Part shown: positions 25,045 to 37,804 of the stretch, in pieces | How the letters are laid out: the number at the start of each line of letters is the position of its first letter | How positions within the stretch are numbered: the first letter of the stretch is position 1 | NCBI RefSeq assembly: GCF_004010195.1 | Contig: NC_057719.1 | Span: 84,797,012-84,859,011, forward strand | Direction: 5' to 3' | Length of the DNA: 62,000 nucleotides | Origin: Chiloscyllium plagiosum | Lineage: Eukaryota | Program-made: the position numbers and the translations under genes | Notes under the pieces: model-generated | The model's input: only the letters and a program-made list of their open reading frames with translations | The model's database searches: none | What the model was told of the DNA's origin: nothing

Positions 25045-28000
25045 AAAGAGGTTGGGTTGGAGCAGCAGTTAGAGGCTGTGAGGAATTTACAGGAGCTAGA
25101 GGGTATAATGAATGGCAGTTGCAACGAGGGAGATAAACTGAAGATACAGTCAGGTAGATTGGTTGCCTCCAGGAATGGTAGGAGAGGAAGACAAGTAGGC
25201 AGGAGTCTCCTGTGGCTATCCCCATCTAAAACAAGTATACTGTTCTGGAAAATGCAGGGGAGCGATGCACTCTGAAGAATGTAGCACTGACAGTCGGGTT
25301 TCTAGTACCGAGACTAGCTGTAATGTAACAAAGGGTACATCAGGTCTCAAGTGATTGATTGTGTTAAGGATCTGTCTAGTCAGAAATTAAGACAAATGTT
25401 TCTGCGGCTTACAGGAGACATCAGAATGGTGTATTGCCTCCTGGTGCCAGGATCAAGGATACTTTGGACACAGTGCAGAATGGAGAAAGTGAGGACTGCA
25501 GATGCTGGAGATCCGAGCTGAAAAATGTGTTGCTGGAAAAGTGCAGCAGGTCAGGCAGCATCAAAGGAGCAGGAGAATCGACGTTTCGGGCATAAGCCCT
25601 TCTTCATGATCATACTGAAGCCCTTCTTCAGGAAGGGCTTATGCCCGAAACGTCAATTTTCCTGCTCCTTTGATGCTGCCTGACCTGCTGCGCTTTTTCA
25701 GCAACACATTTTTCAGACAGTGCAGAATATTCTCCAAGGGGAGAGGGATCAGCAGGAGGTCATTGTACAGATTGGAACTAATGACATAGGAAGAGAAAAG
25801 GATGAGATTCTGAGGAGAGAATACAGGAAATTAGACAGGAATTTAAAAAGTAGGTCCTCAAAGGTAGTAATATCTGGATTACTCCCTGTGTCACAAGCTA
25901 GTGAGGGTATGAATAGGAGGGTAGAGGAGATGAATGCTCGGCTGAAGAGCTGGTGTAGAGAGAAGGATTTGTATTTTTGGATCATTGGAATCTCTTCTGG
26001 GGTAGAGGTGACCTGTATAAGAAGAATGATTGCACCTGAATTGGAAGGGGACTAATATGCTGGTGGGGAGATTTGTTAAAGCTTTTTAAGAAGATTTAAA
26101 CTAGTAATGGGAGTGGGATCCAGTCAGATAATGCGAAAAGACGTAAGTTTGAGATTGGTGCAGATGGGAAAAGGAGCAAATCAAACAGTTGGGGCAGGTA
26201 GGAGCAAAGCAACGAACAAGGTAGGACTGATAAATTAAACGGCATTTATTTCAATGTAAGGGGCCTAACAAACAAGGCAGGTGAACTCAGGGCATGGTTA
26301 GGAACATGGGGCTGGGATATCACAACGATTACTGAGACGTGGCTTAGGGATGGACAGGACTAGAAGCTTAATATTCCAGAATATAGGTGCAATGGGAAGA
26401 AGGGGGTAAGAGAGGAGAGGGAGTGGCATTTTTGATTAGGGATAACATTAAGGCTGTAGTTAGGGAGGGTGTTCCTGGGAATTCGTCCAGGGAAGTTATT
26501 TGGGCAGAACTGAGAAATATGAAAGGGATGATCACCTTATTAGGATTGTACTATCGACCCCTAATAGTCAGTCTAAATAGGAAACTGAGAAACAAGTTTG
26601 TCAGGAGATGTCAGTTATCTGTAAGAATAATAGATGGTTCTGATCGGGCATTTTAACTTATTCTGGGACTGCCATAGTGTTAAGGGTTGAGATGGAGAGG
26701 AATTTGTTAAGTGTGTACAAGAAAATCTTCTGATTCAGTTTGTGGTGAAGGTGCAAAACTTTGACCTATTCTTGGGAAATAAGGCTGAACAGGTGATGGA
26801 GGGGTCAGTTTGGGAGCACTTTGGGGCCAGTGACCATGATTCTATTAGTTTTAAATAGTGATAGAAAAGGATAGACAGGATCTAAAAGTTGAAGTTCTAC
26901 ATTGGAGGAAGGCCACTTTTGGTGGTATTAGCAAGAACTTTCAAAAACTGATCGGGAGCAGGTGTTCGCAGTAAAGGGACTGCTGGAAAATGGGAAGCCT
27001 TCAAAAATGAGATGAGAGTCTAGAGACAGTATGATTCTGTTAGGTTCAAGGGCAAGCATGGTAGATGTAGGAAATGCTGGATGACTAGACAAAGTGGAGG
27101 TTTTGGTCAAGAATAAGAAGGAAGCATATGTTTGGTGTAGACAGCAGGGATTAACTAAATCCGTAGAAGAGTATAAAGGCAGTAGGAGTATACTTAAGAG
27201 AGAAAGCAGGAGGGCAAAAACGGGATTTGAGATAGCTTTGACAAATAGGGTTAAGGAGAATCCAAAGGGATTTTACAAATACATTAAGGACAAAAGAGTA
27301 ACTGGAGATAAATAGGGCCCCTTCAAGATCAGCAAGGCTGCCTATGTGTGGAACCACAGAAGATCAGGGAGATATCAAATGAGTATTTTGCATCGATGTT
27401 TACTGTGGAGAAGGATATGAAAGATAGAGAACATGCGGAAATACATAGTGACATCTTGAAAATGTCCATATTACAGAGGAGGAGATGCTGGATGTCTTAG
27501 AAAGCATAAGGTGGATAAATCCCAGGACCTGGTCAGGTGTACCATAAAACTCTGTGGGAAGCTAGGGAAGTTTATATAAATGATTTGGATATGAACATAG
27601 GAGGTATAGCTAGTAAGTTTGCAGATGACACCAACATTGGAGGTGTAGTGGACAGCGAAGAAGGTTGCCTCAGATTACAACGGGATCTTGGTCAGATGGA
27701 CAATGGGCTGAGTAGTGGCAGATGGAGTTTAATTTAGATAAATGCAAGGTGCTGCATTTTAAGAAAGCAAATCTTAGCAGGACTTATGCACTTAATGATG
27801 AGGTCCCAGGGAGTGTTGCTGAACAAAGAGACCGAGGAGTACAAATTTTTACTTCCTTGAAAGTGGAGTCACAGGTAGATAGGATAGGAAGAAGGCGTTT
27901 GGTATACTTGACTTAATTGGTCAGTGCATTGAGTATAGGAGTTGGTAGGTCATGCTGTATAGGACGTTGGTTAGCCCACTTTTGGAATACTGCATTCAAT

Positions 28001-28577
28001 TCTGCCTTCCCTGCTATAGGAAGAATGTTGTGAAACTTGAAAGAGTTCAGAAAAGATCTTCATGGATATTGAGGGTTTGAGCTATGGAGAGAGGCTGAAT
28101 AGGCTAGGGCTGTTTTCCCTGGAATGTCGGAGGTTGAGGGGTGACCTTATAGATATTTATAAAATAATGAGGGGCATGGACAGGATGAATAGACAAGATC
28201 TTTTCCTGGGGTGGGGAGCCCAAAACTAGATGGCATAGGGTTAAGGTAAAACATATCAGCATGCATGTCATATTCCCACATTGCTACCATCACAGACCAG
28301 TAATATTTTTTAATTAAAAAGGGAAACATTTAAAAGGGACCTAAGGGTCAACTTTTTTCAAGCAGAAGATGGTGCGTGTATGGAATGAGCTGCCAGAGGA
28401 AGTGGTGGAGGCTGGTACAATTAACAGCATTTAAAAGGCATCTGGATGGGTATATGAATAGGAAAGGTTTAGAGGGCCAAATGCTGGCAAGTGGGAATAG
28501 GTTAATTTAGGTTATCTGATCAGCATAGCCAAGTTGAACTGAAGGGTCTCTTTCTACACTGGACAGATCTATGACTG
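25045..28577 (+). mobile_element. Long CR1 LINE (ORF1 esterase, APE endonuclease, RT with internal deletion at ~27570, tail); degenerate
   Basis: VQIGTNDIG, ITETWL, LYYRP, FGASDH and KFADDT motifs; carries a nested PLE and a templated insertion. Confidence 0.9.
25482..25716. mobile_element. Palindromic Penelope-like element (family A) inserted in CR1 ORF1
   Basis: 12-bp TSD ACAGTGCAGAAT (25470-25481, 25717-25728); inverted arms; GGGCTTATGCCCGAAACGTC hammerhead half. Confidence 0.9.
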
Positions 28578-28819
28578 TCCAAAACTTCCATTTTCTTTAC
28601 TTTCACAAAGCTTGGCATTATATAATTGCCCTTGATTTTATATGTTTTTTTTTTCTTTCGTCCTGAGTGTTGCACGAAAGGCATGGCCATTGTTTTCCTT
28701 TTTTAATTAAAAATTATTACTGGTCTGTGATGGTAGCAGTGTGGGAATATGACATGTATGCTGATATGTTTCTACGTGCCTTGTATTCTTAACCCATGAC
28801 CTCAGATTACTTCAGCAGT

Positions 28820-28927
28820 CCTTCTGAGTTTTGAGGAAGGGTCACTAACCTGAAACATTAAGCCTGATTTCTCCCACAGATGCTGCCAAACCTGCTGAGG
28901 TTTTAAAGCAATTTATGTTTTTGTTTC
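28820..28927 (+). mobile_element. Older Penelope-like terminal repeat
   Basis: ttgaggaagggtcactaacctgaaacattaa...gatgctgccaaacctgctgag. Confidence 0.55.
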
Positions 28928-28959
28928 TTTACTACTGTTGCACTACTCATACTCTAAGC

Positions 28960-29600
28960 AGGTGAAGAAGGCATTTGATATGCTTGCTTTTCTTGGTCAG
29001 AGCATTGAGTATAGGAGTTGGGAGGTCATGTTGCAGCTGTAAAGGACATTCATTAGGCCACCCTTTGCAGTACTGTGTGCAGTTCTGGTCTCCCTCCTAA
29101 AGGAAGGATAATGTGAACCTTGAAAGGGTTCAGAAAAGATTTACAAGGATGTTGCCAGGGTTGGAGTGCTTTGAGCTTAAGGGAGAGGCTGAATAGGCTA
29201 AGGCTGAAGTGTTGGAGGCTGGGAGGTGACCTTAGAGGTTGACAAAATCATGGTGGGCATAAATAAGGTAAATCGACACAGCCCCATATCCTGGTGTGGG
29301 TGAGTCCAGAATTAGAGGGCATAGATTTAGGGTGAGGGGGGAAAAGATTTAAAAGAGACATGAGGGGCAACTTTTTCACATAGAGGATGGTACGTATATG
29401 GAATGAGCTCCCAGAGGAAGTGATGGAGGCTGGTACAATTACTGCATTTAAAAGGCATCTGGATGGGTATATGAATAGAAAAGTTTTAGAGGCATCTGGG
29501 CTCAGTGCTGGCAAATGGGACCACATTAGGTTAGGATATCTGGTTGGCATGGACGAGTTGGACCGAAGGGTCTGTTTCCATGCTATACGTCTCTGACTCT
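28960..29600 (+). mobile_element. CR1 3' fragment
   Basis: VRIWNELPEEVMEAGTITAFKRHLDGYMNRK plus tail. Confidence 0.9.
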
Positions 29601-31255
29601 TTTTAAGCAGATGGAGTCTGTAATCCAATTGGTTTATTGGGTTTATGGCCAAAATTTAAGAGGACCTGATTTTTTTTTAAACTTTAGTTACATTTATTGA
29701 AATCATTGACCAATATGGTATTAATTATGCAAATTCCTAACAAAGTTTGGTGCAACTACATGGCTTTGAGGCCATTTAAAAAAACAATGACATTGTTGTC
29801 TCCTGGAGTCCTAAAGGACATTACTGAACCAGATTGGAGTTTTGTAAACAGTTGATCATACTGTCATTACTGAGTTTCAATTTGAGACCATTATATCAAT
29901 CGATTGAATAAATAAATAAATGTTTAAATTCCAGCAGATATTATGTAATAGAGTCTTCTGTATTGCACGCATGATTTACTTGACCATCTTTGATGAATGA
30001 CTATAATTTAATTTCCTTAAAAAAGTTTGTTCAATTTCGTTAGAAGAAAGAGCAATAGTAAGGTACGTAATAGCAGTGGGTATGTTCCATGAGATTTTTT
30101 TGTCGAAATAATGAAATACCTCTTTATCCCCTCCTCTAGAAAGCAGGTGGGGGTTGTGAAACAAACTGACCAGGGTTCTCTTTAGACTTTATATAATCAT
30201 ATACAAGTGTTTTTCGCCTAAACAGTAAAAGCAGTAGCCGGACCCTTGCACCGTAAGCCTTGCAATCCACAGAAATTAAATTCTCCTTTCTACACCTAAT
30301 TATTCTGTCAATTACGCTTTACACACCTATCAATGTGATTTTAGGTCTGAAGATACCAATAATAACAAAAAGGCTAATGGAATATTAGACACTATCTTAA
30401 CATGCTAGAATATAATGGAGAAATAATTATTTAGGTCAGCAGTGATTCATCAGGACTCCTGATTCAACGTATGTTGGAAGATTTAGTGGTCTTGGAGCAT
30501 TACAAAGCAAATTCACTATGAGAGGAGAGTTTAAATGGTTAAACTGGACAAACTGAATAAACTTTATTCATATTTACTTCAATATTCAAGTGATTAATTT
30601 GTTTAGATCAAAACAGATTTATGAAGTTAGATACAATGAAGCTATTTTCTTTAGTGGGGAAATTCAGTACAAGGACTTATGAAATTAGAACTGAACTATT
30701 TAGGATGGAAATCAGGAAATGTCTGCTGCTATACTTTTTGGACTATGTAAATTCTCTCCCCGAAAGTGCTGAATGCTTGGTCATATGATATTTTCTGTAG
30801 GTAGATTGACTAATTGACTATCCCTTATCCTGAGGTTGTCGCCTGCTTTTAGATTTACCAGCCAGGAGATGGTTCATCCTGTAAAGAATGCCTTATAATA
30901 ATTTTGTATGTTTTGATGAGGTGACACCTTGTTCCCCAAGATTCTGTGAATCTCCCCAGAAGACAGTCCTGCCATCCCTGTGATTAATCTAGTCAGTTTA
31001 ATTGCACTCCCTCTATGGTATATACATCCTTTTTCAGATCAAGGGACCAAAGCTGTATGCAACATTCCAGGTGAGAGCTCACACCTATGAATTAGCCCAT
31101 CCACTTAGTCTCCCCTAAGTCGTCTTGATCCGTCCTTGTTTCCCCCTAAAGTTGCTTCCGACTTGGTTTATTGTCATCTGCAAATTTGAAAATATTTCAT
31201 ATGGTTACCATATCCAAATCATTTCAATAAATTGTGTGTGGTTGTACATTGATTC

Positions 31256-31376
31256 TTGTGGCATATTATAGTGTCAGGGACCTGGGTTTGATTTCAGCTT
31301 TGAGTGACTGTGTGGAGTTTGCACGTTCTCCCCATATCTATGTTGGTTTTCCGCAGGCGGTCCAATTCTCTTTCTT

Positions 31377-31434
<58 letters not shown>

Positions 31435-31545
31435 ACAGGCAATCCAAGGATGTGCAGATCAAGGGGAAATGCAGGGTGGGATGCTGTTCAGAAAGTTGGT
31501 GTGTACTCTGGCCAAATGTCCTGCTTCCACTCTGTAGGAATTCTA
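31256..31545 (+). mobile_element. Degenerate HE1-like SINE with an embedded (CA)n tract
   Basis: gactgtgtggagtttgcacgttctcccc V-domain remnant. Confidence 0.65.
31379..31430. repeat. (CA)n microsatellite, about 26 units
   Basis: Directly visible. Confidence 0.97.
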
Positions 31546-32036
31546 CGATCCTGATAACGTTCTATTTTTTCTTAGTCCATACTTTCTGTCTCTCAAATAC
31601 TTCTCAATATATAGCATATTCCCTTCGACACAGTGCACTAATTTTATTTACTATCCTCATGGGTTCTTAACAGCCATCTGACAATCTACATATACTACTT
31701 TCACTGGATTGTCTTTGTATGAGAAGTAACATCCTCAAACAAGCTTGAGTTTGTCAAAGATTATTTTCCCTATTTAAATGTTTTAATAAAATTTTGCCAG
31801 ATTTGAGGTTGACTGGTTCAGACCAGTCAGGGTTGTGTGGTGTCAAGAGTTAGTTGGAGCATGAGGATAAACACTGGCAAAAGAGACGACAATCTAACAT
31901 CATGCAGTACTTCACTGAAAAATACGTTGAAGTTGACTTTAATTAATGAAAAAAATGACTCCGAACACATTCTAAAAAATATCCAGTTCTAGGATTGCTT
32001 CAGGTTTTGTGTAACCAGCATTTACTGTATGTACGT

Positions 32037-32260
32037 AAAAGCAAATTATTGCTGATGCTGGGCTGAAATAAGCAATGTGCTCGAGAAACTCAGCAGGTCT
32101 GGCAGCTTCTGTACAGAAAGAGAAAAACCGTTAAGTTTCGAGTCCAGTGCAACTTTTCTTCAAAAGAAGAGTTATACGAGACTTGAAACATTCATTGTTG
32201 TTCCTCTCTCCTCGGATGCTGCCAGACCTGCTGAGTTTCTCCACCACATTCTATTTTCAT
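32037..32260. mobile_element. Older palindromic Penelope-like element
   Basis: gagaaactcagcaggtctggcagc versus gctgccagacctgctgagtttctc inverted arms. Confidence 0.7.
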
Positions 32261-32374
32261 TTAAGCGTATGTACCCGCTTTACTTTAATCAGAAACTAAT
32301 ATGCTTTTGTTTTTTCTGGATAAAGACCCTGACCATATTGTACTGTGAGACATGATTTGCTCTTGATGTTTCAG

Positions 32375-32466
32375 GTGGAATTGAGACTGGTTCAATCACT
32401 GAGATGTTTGGAGAGTTTCGGACTGGGAAGACCCAACTCTGTCACACATTGGCAGTAACGTGTCAG
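32375..32466 (+). CDS. RAD51: RAD51 coding exon (exon 5 equivalent) with Walker A: (G)[30 protein letters not shown]
   Basis: tttcAG acceptor, GTagtg donor, 92 nt, GEFRTGKT P-loop. Confidence 0.98.
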
Positions 32467-32550
32467 GTAGTGTATTTTTCCCAATTATTTTATCCTCATT
32501 TGGTCACATTAGTTCAATCACTGAATTTTTCACTTAGTCTGTCTATTGAT

Positions 32551-32757
32551 GATTTGGAGGTGCCTGTGTTGGACTGGGGTGTACAAAGTTAAAAATCACA
32601 CAACACCAGGTTATAGTCCAACAGGTTTATTTGGAAGCATTAGCTTTTGGAGCGCTGCTCCGAAGTCTCAACCACCTGATAAAGGAGCAGTGCTCCAAAA
32701 GCTAATGCTTCTAAATAAACCTGTTGGACTATAACCTGGTGTTGTGAGATTTTTAAC
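32551..32757. mobile_element. Palindromic Penelope-like element (family B) with decayed hammerheads
   Basis: About 74-bp inverted arms (32588-32661 / 32684-32757); TSD ctgtctattga / ctgcctattga. Confidence 0.85.
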
Positions 32758-33179
32758 ACCTGCCTATTGAAGTTACCGCCTGCTTCCCTGGACTGCACCA
32801 GCAATTCTATTTGATTTTCTGTTTTTCATGAACAGTTAACTAACATCTATCCTTTCCTTTCTGCTGGTGGCACCTCAAGCTTGAGTATCTACTGTATCTG
32901 TTTATTTTGCTCTGGGAAAGTAATTTATGCCACTTGGCAATTTCTTTGAACTTGCTTATAATTATGCAACATATTAGAAGAATTCTGCCTGTGCCATAAT
33001 CCAATTTTATAACATTGTTTTGATAGTTCGATTGAAAAAATGCACATGCCTTCTGCTGCTCCCACTCCCACTATTATCTCATGGCAGTGATAGCTGTTCA
33101 GCATCAGATGTCATTGTAGTGAAACAAAATGGTTCTCATTTAAAGGCCTTTACAAGAAGATGAAACCTATTGATGGTAA

Positions 33180-33368
<189 letters not shown>

Positions 33369-35520
33369 TAGACTGTATTTTAAAAGTTAATTGTCTCCAA
33401 CTGTGCTTTGTTTCCCCCACATTCCTTATTAGATAATAGTAGTTTCAAGACTATTTGTCCTCATTACTTACCATCTCTACTGTACTTTAGACTTTTGAGT
33501 GCACTGGAACTAAATAGTTGCACTATCTCAACACAGTTTGGCAGTTCGGGCCAAGAACATTGAAAACTCCATCTCTGATGGGCCCGCAGGGGAGCACTAA
33601 AAGCAAAAGTCAGAGGTCTGAAGAACATAAATTGAATGGAGTTAAAGTACTGTACTGGGTTTATGAAGGGATTCGTTAGCAAAAACATAAATTTGAATCC
33701 ACATGTTGGAGTACAAAGGTCCAGGAGAAGCTGACAATGGACGTTCAGTAAATTGGCATTTTTTTCTACATGAAAGGAATGAATGATTTATTTTTCTGCT
33801 CGTAGATTGAGAAGGGATTGAGTGTTTTGAGGCTGTCAGTTTTCAAGTATTGAAGAATAAGTGTTGCACTTGTGATAATGGCCAGCAATTTTGTATTAAG
33901 TCGACTTGATGGATCACTTGATAGTTGAAGCTCAGCTTCATTGAACAAAATCAGCTGGTTAAAGCTGAAAAGCAACTGGTGAGGTTAGGTGCAGGTAGCC
34001 TACTGGTACATAGTTTTTAATTGCAGATGATTAAAATAGATTTGGTTTACCCAGTGTTAAATTTGAGAATGTTCTGTCTGACCTGTCTGCAACTTGGTGT
34101 CAGGCATTTTAATAATTCAAGTAAAGAGGACGAATTGAATGTTACCAGCATCCGTGCAGGGTCTGATCTCTGAATGTGGTCAAATTCTGGGGGCCACCTG
34201 CAAATGAAATGAAGGGAGGAACACAGGTTGAATTTTGTGTATACTCTTGTGGTTACTATATCAGAAGCCACTTCTAGGTATGTGGTCAAATGGATAAAAT
34301 GAGTACCATTCAAGATAGAGGTGGACTATTGAGAAGAGAAATGGAACCTGCAGAGTACTACAGAGGTTTAGACAGGCAACTGCTCTTCACAGAGGATGCT
34401 GGTGGGCATGGAACAAGAGGATTCAGTAAGAGAATCTGACTCAAACAGGAGCTGTGCATGGAGCTGATTGTAGGCATGGTCTTGGATCTTGGCATGATAA
34501 AGATGCTCAGCTTTAATAATCAAGAGGATTGAGGATATGATTTGAAAACAGAATTCTTGTTTTGAAGGTATAACATTGCTGTCTAAGCAAGACATTCATT
34601 GTTGTATTTGGGCAAGAAGAGAAAGTTTGTCAAAATGTTATTGACAACGAATTTGATTTGACTGTTTGGTGTACACTTCATGCGTTTGTGGAATGTAGGT
34701 GTAGCTGGCAAAGCCAGCAATTCATTTCCCATCCCTAACTGCCCTCAAAATGAATGGTGAGCTGCCTTCTTAAGATGCTGGAGTTCACAACGCTTAAATA
34801 TACTCTATGCTGTTAGGAAATGAGTTCCAGGATTTTGACCCAGTGAAAGTGAAGGAATAGAAATATAGTTCCAAGCCAGGATATTGTGTGGCTTGAAGAA
34901 GAACTTGCAAGTGATAGTATTCCTTTACAATGCTTATCCTTGTCCTTCTAGGTGGTAGAAGCCATGGGTTTGGCAAGTGCTGTTGACGCGTTGCTGCAGT
35001 GGATCTTTAAAATGGTGTGCACTGTGTGCTGCTGGTGGACTGGGCTGCTTTATCCTTCATGATGCCAATCTAGTTTGTTTTGATTTTGCTGCACTTGGCA
35101 AGTGTAAAGTATTCAAATACAAGTTTGACTTGTATCTTGTAGATGATGGACAGCTTTTGAGGAGAATAGGGCCTTTGGCCTGCTCTTGTAGCGACAGCAT
35201 TTATGTTGCAGTTCCAGTACAGGTTATAGTCAATGGTAATCTTTGGGATGCTGCTTGTGCAGGAGTCAGGATGCTATTGGATGTCAAGAGAAGATGCTTA
35301 AACTGTCTTTCAGAGATGATCATTATCTTGCATTTAACGTGGCACGAACGTTACTTGCTACTTATGAGATCAAGACTTCATGTTGTCTTGGTCCTGCTCC
35401 ACATGGACATACAGTGCTTCAGTATTTGAAGAGTTGCAAATGGTGCTGAATTTTATGCAATCATCAGTGAACATCCACAAATCTGACCTTATGGTGGTGG
35501 GAGGCATCATTGATGCTGCA

Positions 35521-36395
35521 TAGACTCATAGTGATATATAGCACGGGAACAGATCCTTTGGTCCAACTCGTCCATGCCAACCAGATATCCTAACCTAATC
35601 TCGTCCTATTTGCCAGCACTTGACCCATATCGCTCTAAACCCTTCCTATTCATATACCTGCCCAGATGGCTTTCAAATGCTGTATTTGTACCAGCCTCAT
35701 TCATTTCCTCTGGCAGCTCATTCCATACACGTACCACCTTCTGTGTGAGAACGTTGCCCCTCAGGTCCCTTTTATATCTTTCCCCTCTCATCCTAAACCT
35801 ATGCTCTCTAGTTCTGGACTCCACCACCTCAGGGGAAAGACCTTGTCTATTTAGTCTACCCATGCCCCTCATGATTTTAGAAACTTGTTTAAGGTCACCC
35901 CTCTGCCTCTGACGCTCCAGGGAAAACGGCCCAGCCTTTTCAATATTTTCCTATAGCTCAAATCCTACAACTCAGGCAACATCCTTGTAAATCCTTACTG
36001 AGCCCTTTCATGTCTCACAATATCCTTCCAACAGGAAGGAGACCAGAATTGCAAGCAATATTCCAAACATGACCTAACCAATGTCCTGTACAGCTGCAAC
36101 ATGACCTCCCAACTCCTGTACTCAGTACTGTGACCAATAAAGGGAAGCATACCAAACGCCGCCTTCACTATCCTATATACCTGCAACTCTACTTTCAAGA
36201 AACTATGAACCTGCACTCCAAGGTCTCTTTGTTCAGGAACACTCCCTGGGACCTTATCATTAAGTATATAAGTCCTGCTCTGATTTGTTTTTCCAAAATG
36301 CAGCACTTTGCATTTATCTAAATTAAATTTCATCTGCCACTCCTCAGCCCATTAGCCCATCTGATCATGATCCCATTGTATAGAGATAACCTTCT
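35521..36395 (-). mobile_element. CR1 3' fragment
   Basis: MKFNLDKCKVLHFG...LYRTLVR..LEYC..FWSP and WNELPEE motifs; reverse tail. Confidence 0.92.
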
Positions 36396-37384
36396 GCTGA
36401 AGATGTTTGGACTCGGACGATACCCTGGATTTGTGGTAGAGTGGCATAGTTCCTACCTATGAACTAGGAGGCCCAGGTTAAAGTTCCACCTGCTCCAGAC
36501 ATCTATCTGTGAACAGGTTAATGTGATCTATCTACCCTGAAGAACCCATGCAGTGATGTCCTGGGGCTGAGATAATTGATGATTGAAGTTCAACTGCCGC
36601 AGCTATTTCCTTTGTGCTAGTTGTAAGTGCAACCAGTGGAGCGTTTTCCTGGATTCCCATTGCCATCCGTTGTGCTGCTGCTCCTTGTTGCCACACCTGG
36701 TCAAATGGCATCTTGATCTCAAGGGCTATCACTATTACACCCGAGGATGGTCACCTTTTTGTTCATGTCTGTAATGAGGTCAGTAGTTGAGCAGCCATGG
36801 CAGAACTCAGCCTTAGCATTAGTGACCCGATTATAGCTGAGCAAGAACCACTTGGTTATGCTGTTAACAACACCTTCCATCTGTTTGGTGATGAGTTGCA
36901 TATGGGGTGGGAATTGGCTGGTTTTATTTGTCCTACTATTTGCGGCCAGGACACAAATCTGTACTGGATTAGTTTGGCTAGGCGCATGTGTAGTTCCACA
37001 GCACAAGTCTTCAGTGCTATTGCCAGAATGTTAAGGTCCATAGTCTTGGCAATATTCAGTGCATTCCACCATTTCTTGATATTGGGTGGAGTGAATTGAA
37101 TTCACTGAAGACTGACATTTATGTAGCTGGGTACCGAGGTGAGAAGTTAAAATGAAGTAAATGTTTCAGCTTTTTCTTTTGCACTGACTTAATGGGCTGC
37201 CCATGGGGATGGTTACTTCTGGAATCACCACCTCCTGTTAGTTTTAATTTGCCATTGCCATTTCCAACTGAATGTGGCAGGGTGCAGAGCTAAGATCTGA
37301 TCCATTCGTTATGGGGTTCATTAACTTTGACTATTGCAAACTGTTTTCCACTGTTTGGTTTGTAAGTCGTCCTGTGTGGTCAGA

Positions 37385-37804
37385 CAAAGTGAGGGCTGCA
37401 GATGCTGGAGATCAGAGTCGAGAGTGTGGCACACTGGAAAAGCACAGCAGGTCAGGCAGCATCCGAGGAGAGGGGAATCGACATTTCAGGCGTGAGCACT
37501 TCATTAGGAAGCCTGATGAAGGGCTTATGTCCGAAATGTCAATTTCCCTGCACCTCGGATCTGATCTCCAACATCTGCAGTCCTCACTTTCTCTTAGTTG
37601 ATTTTAACCCGACTGAGAACCTCTTCCAAGGATGCCTACCTTGAAGAAGTTCTCCTCTCTTTGCAAGGATCTCAGTGAGTCTCTTTCTCACTGCACCCCC
37701 CACATCATCCATTCCTGATGACGGGCTTATGCTCAAAACGTTGATTCTTCTGCTCCTCGGATGCTGCCTGACCTGCTGTGCTTTTCCAGCACCACACTCC
37801 TGGA
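37385..37804. mobile_element. Penelope-like cassette: inverted repeat plus two direct terminal repeats with hammerhead cores (37513, 37715)
   Basis: CTGATGAAGGGCTTATGTCCGAAATGTC and CTGATGACGGGCTTATGCTCAAAACGTT; possible TSD cctgtgtggt / cctgtgtagt. Confidence 0.8.
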
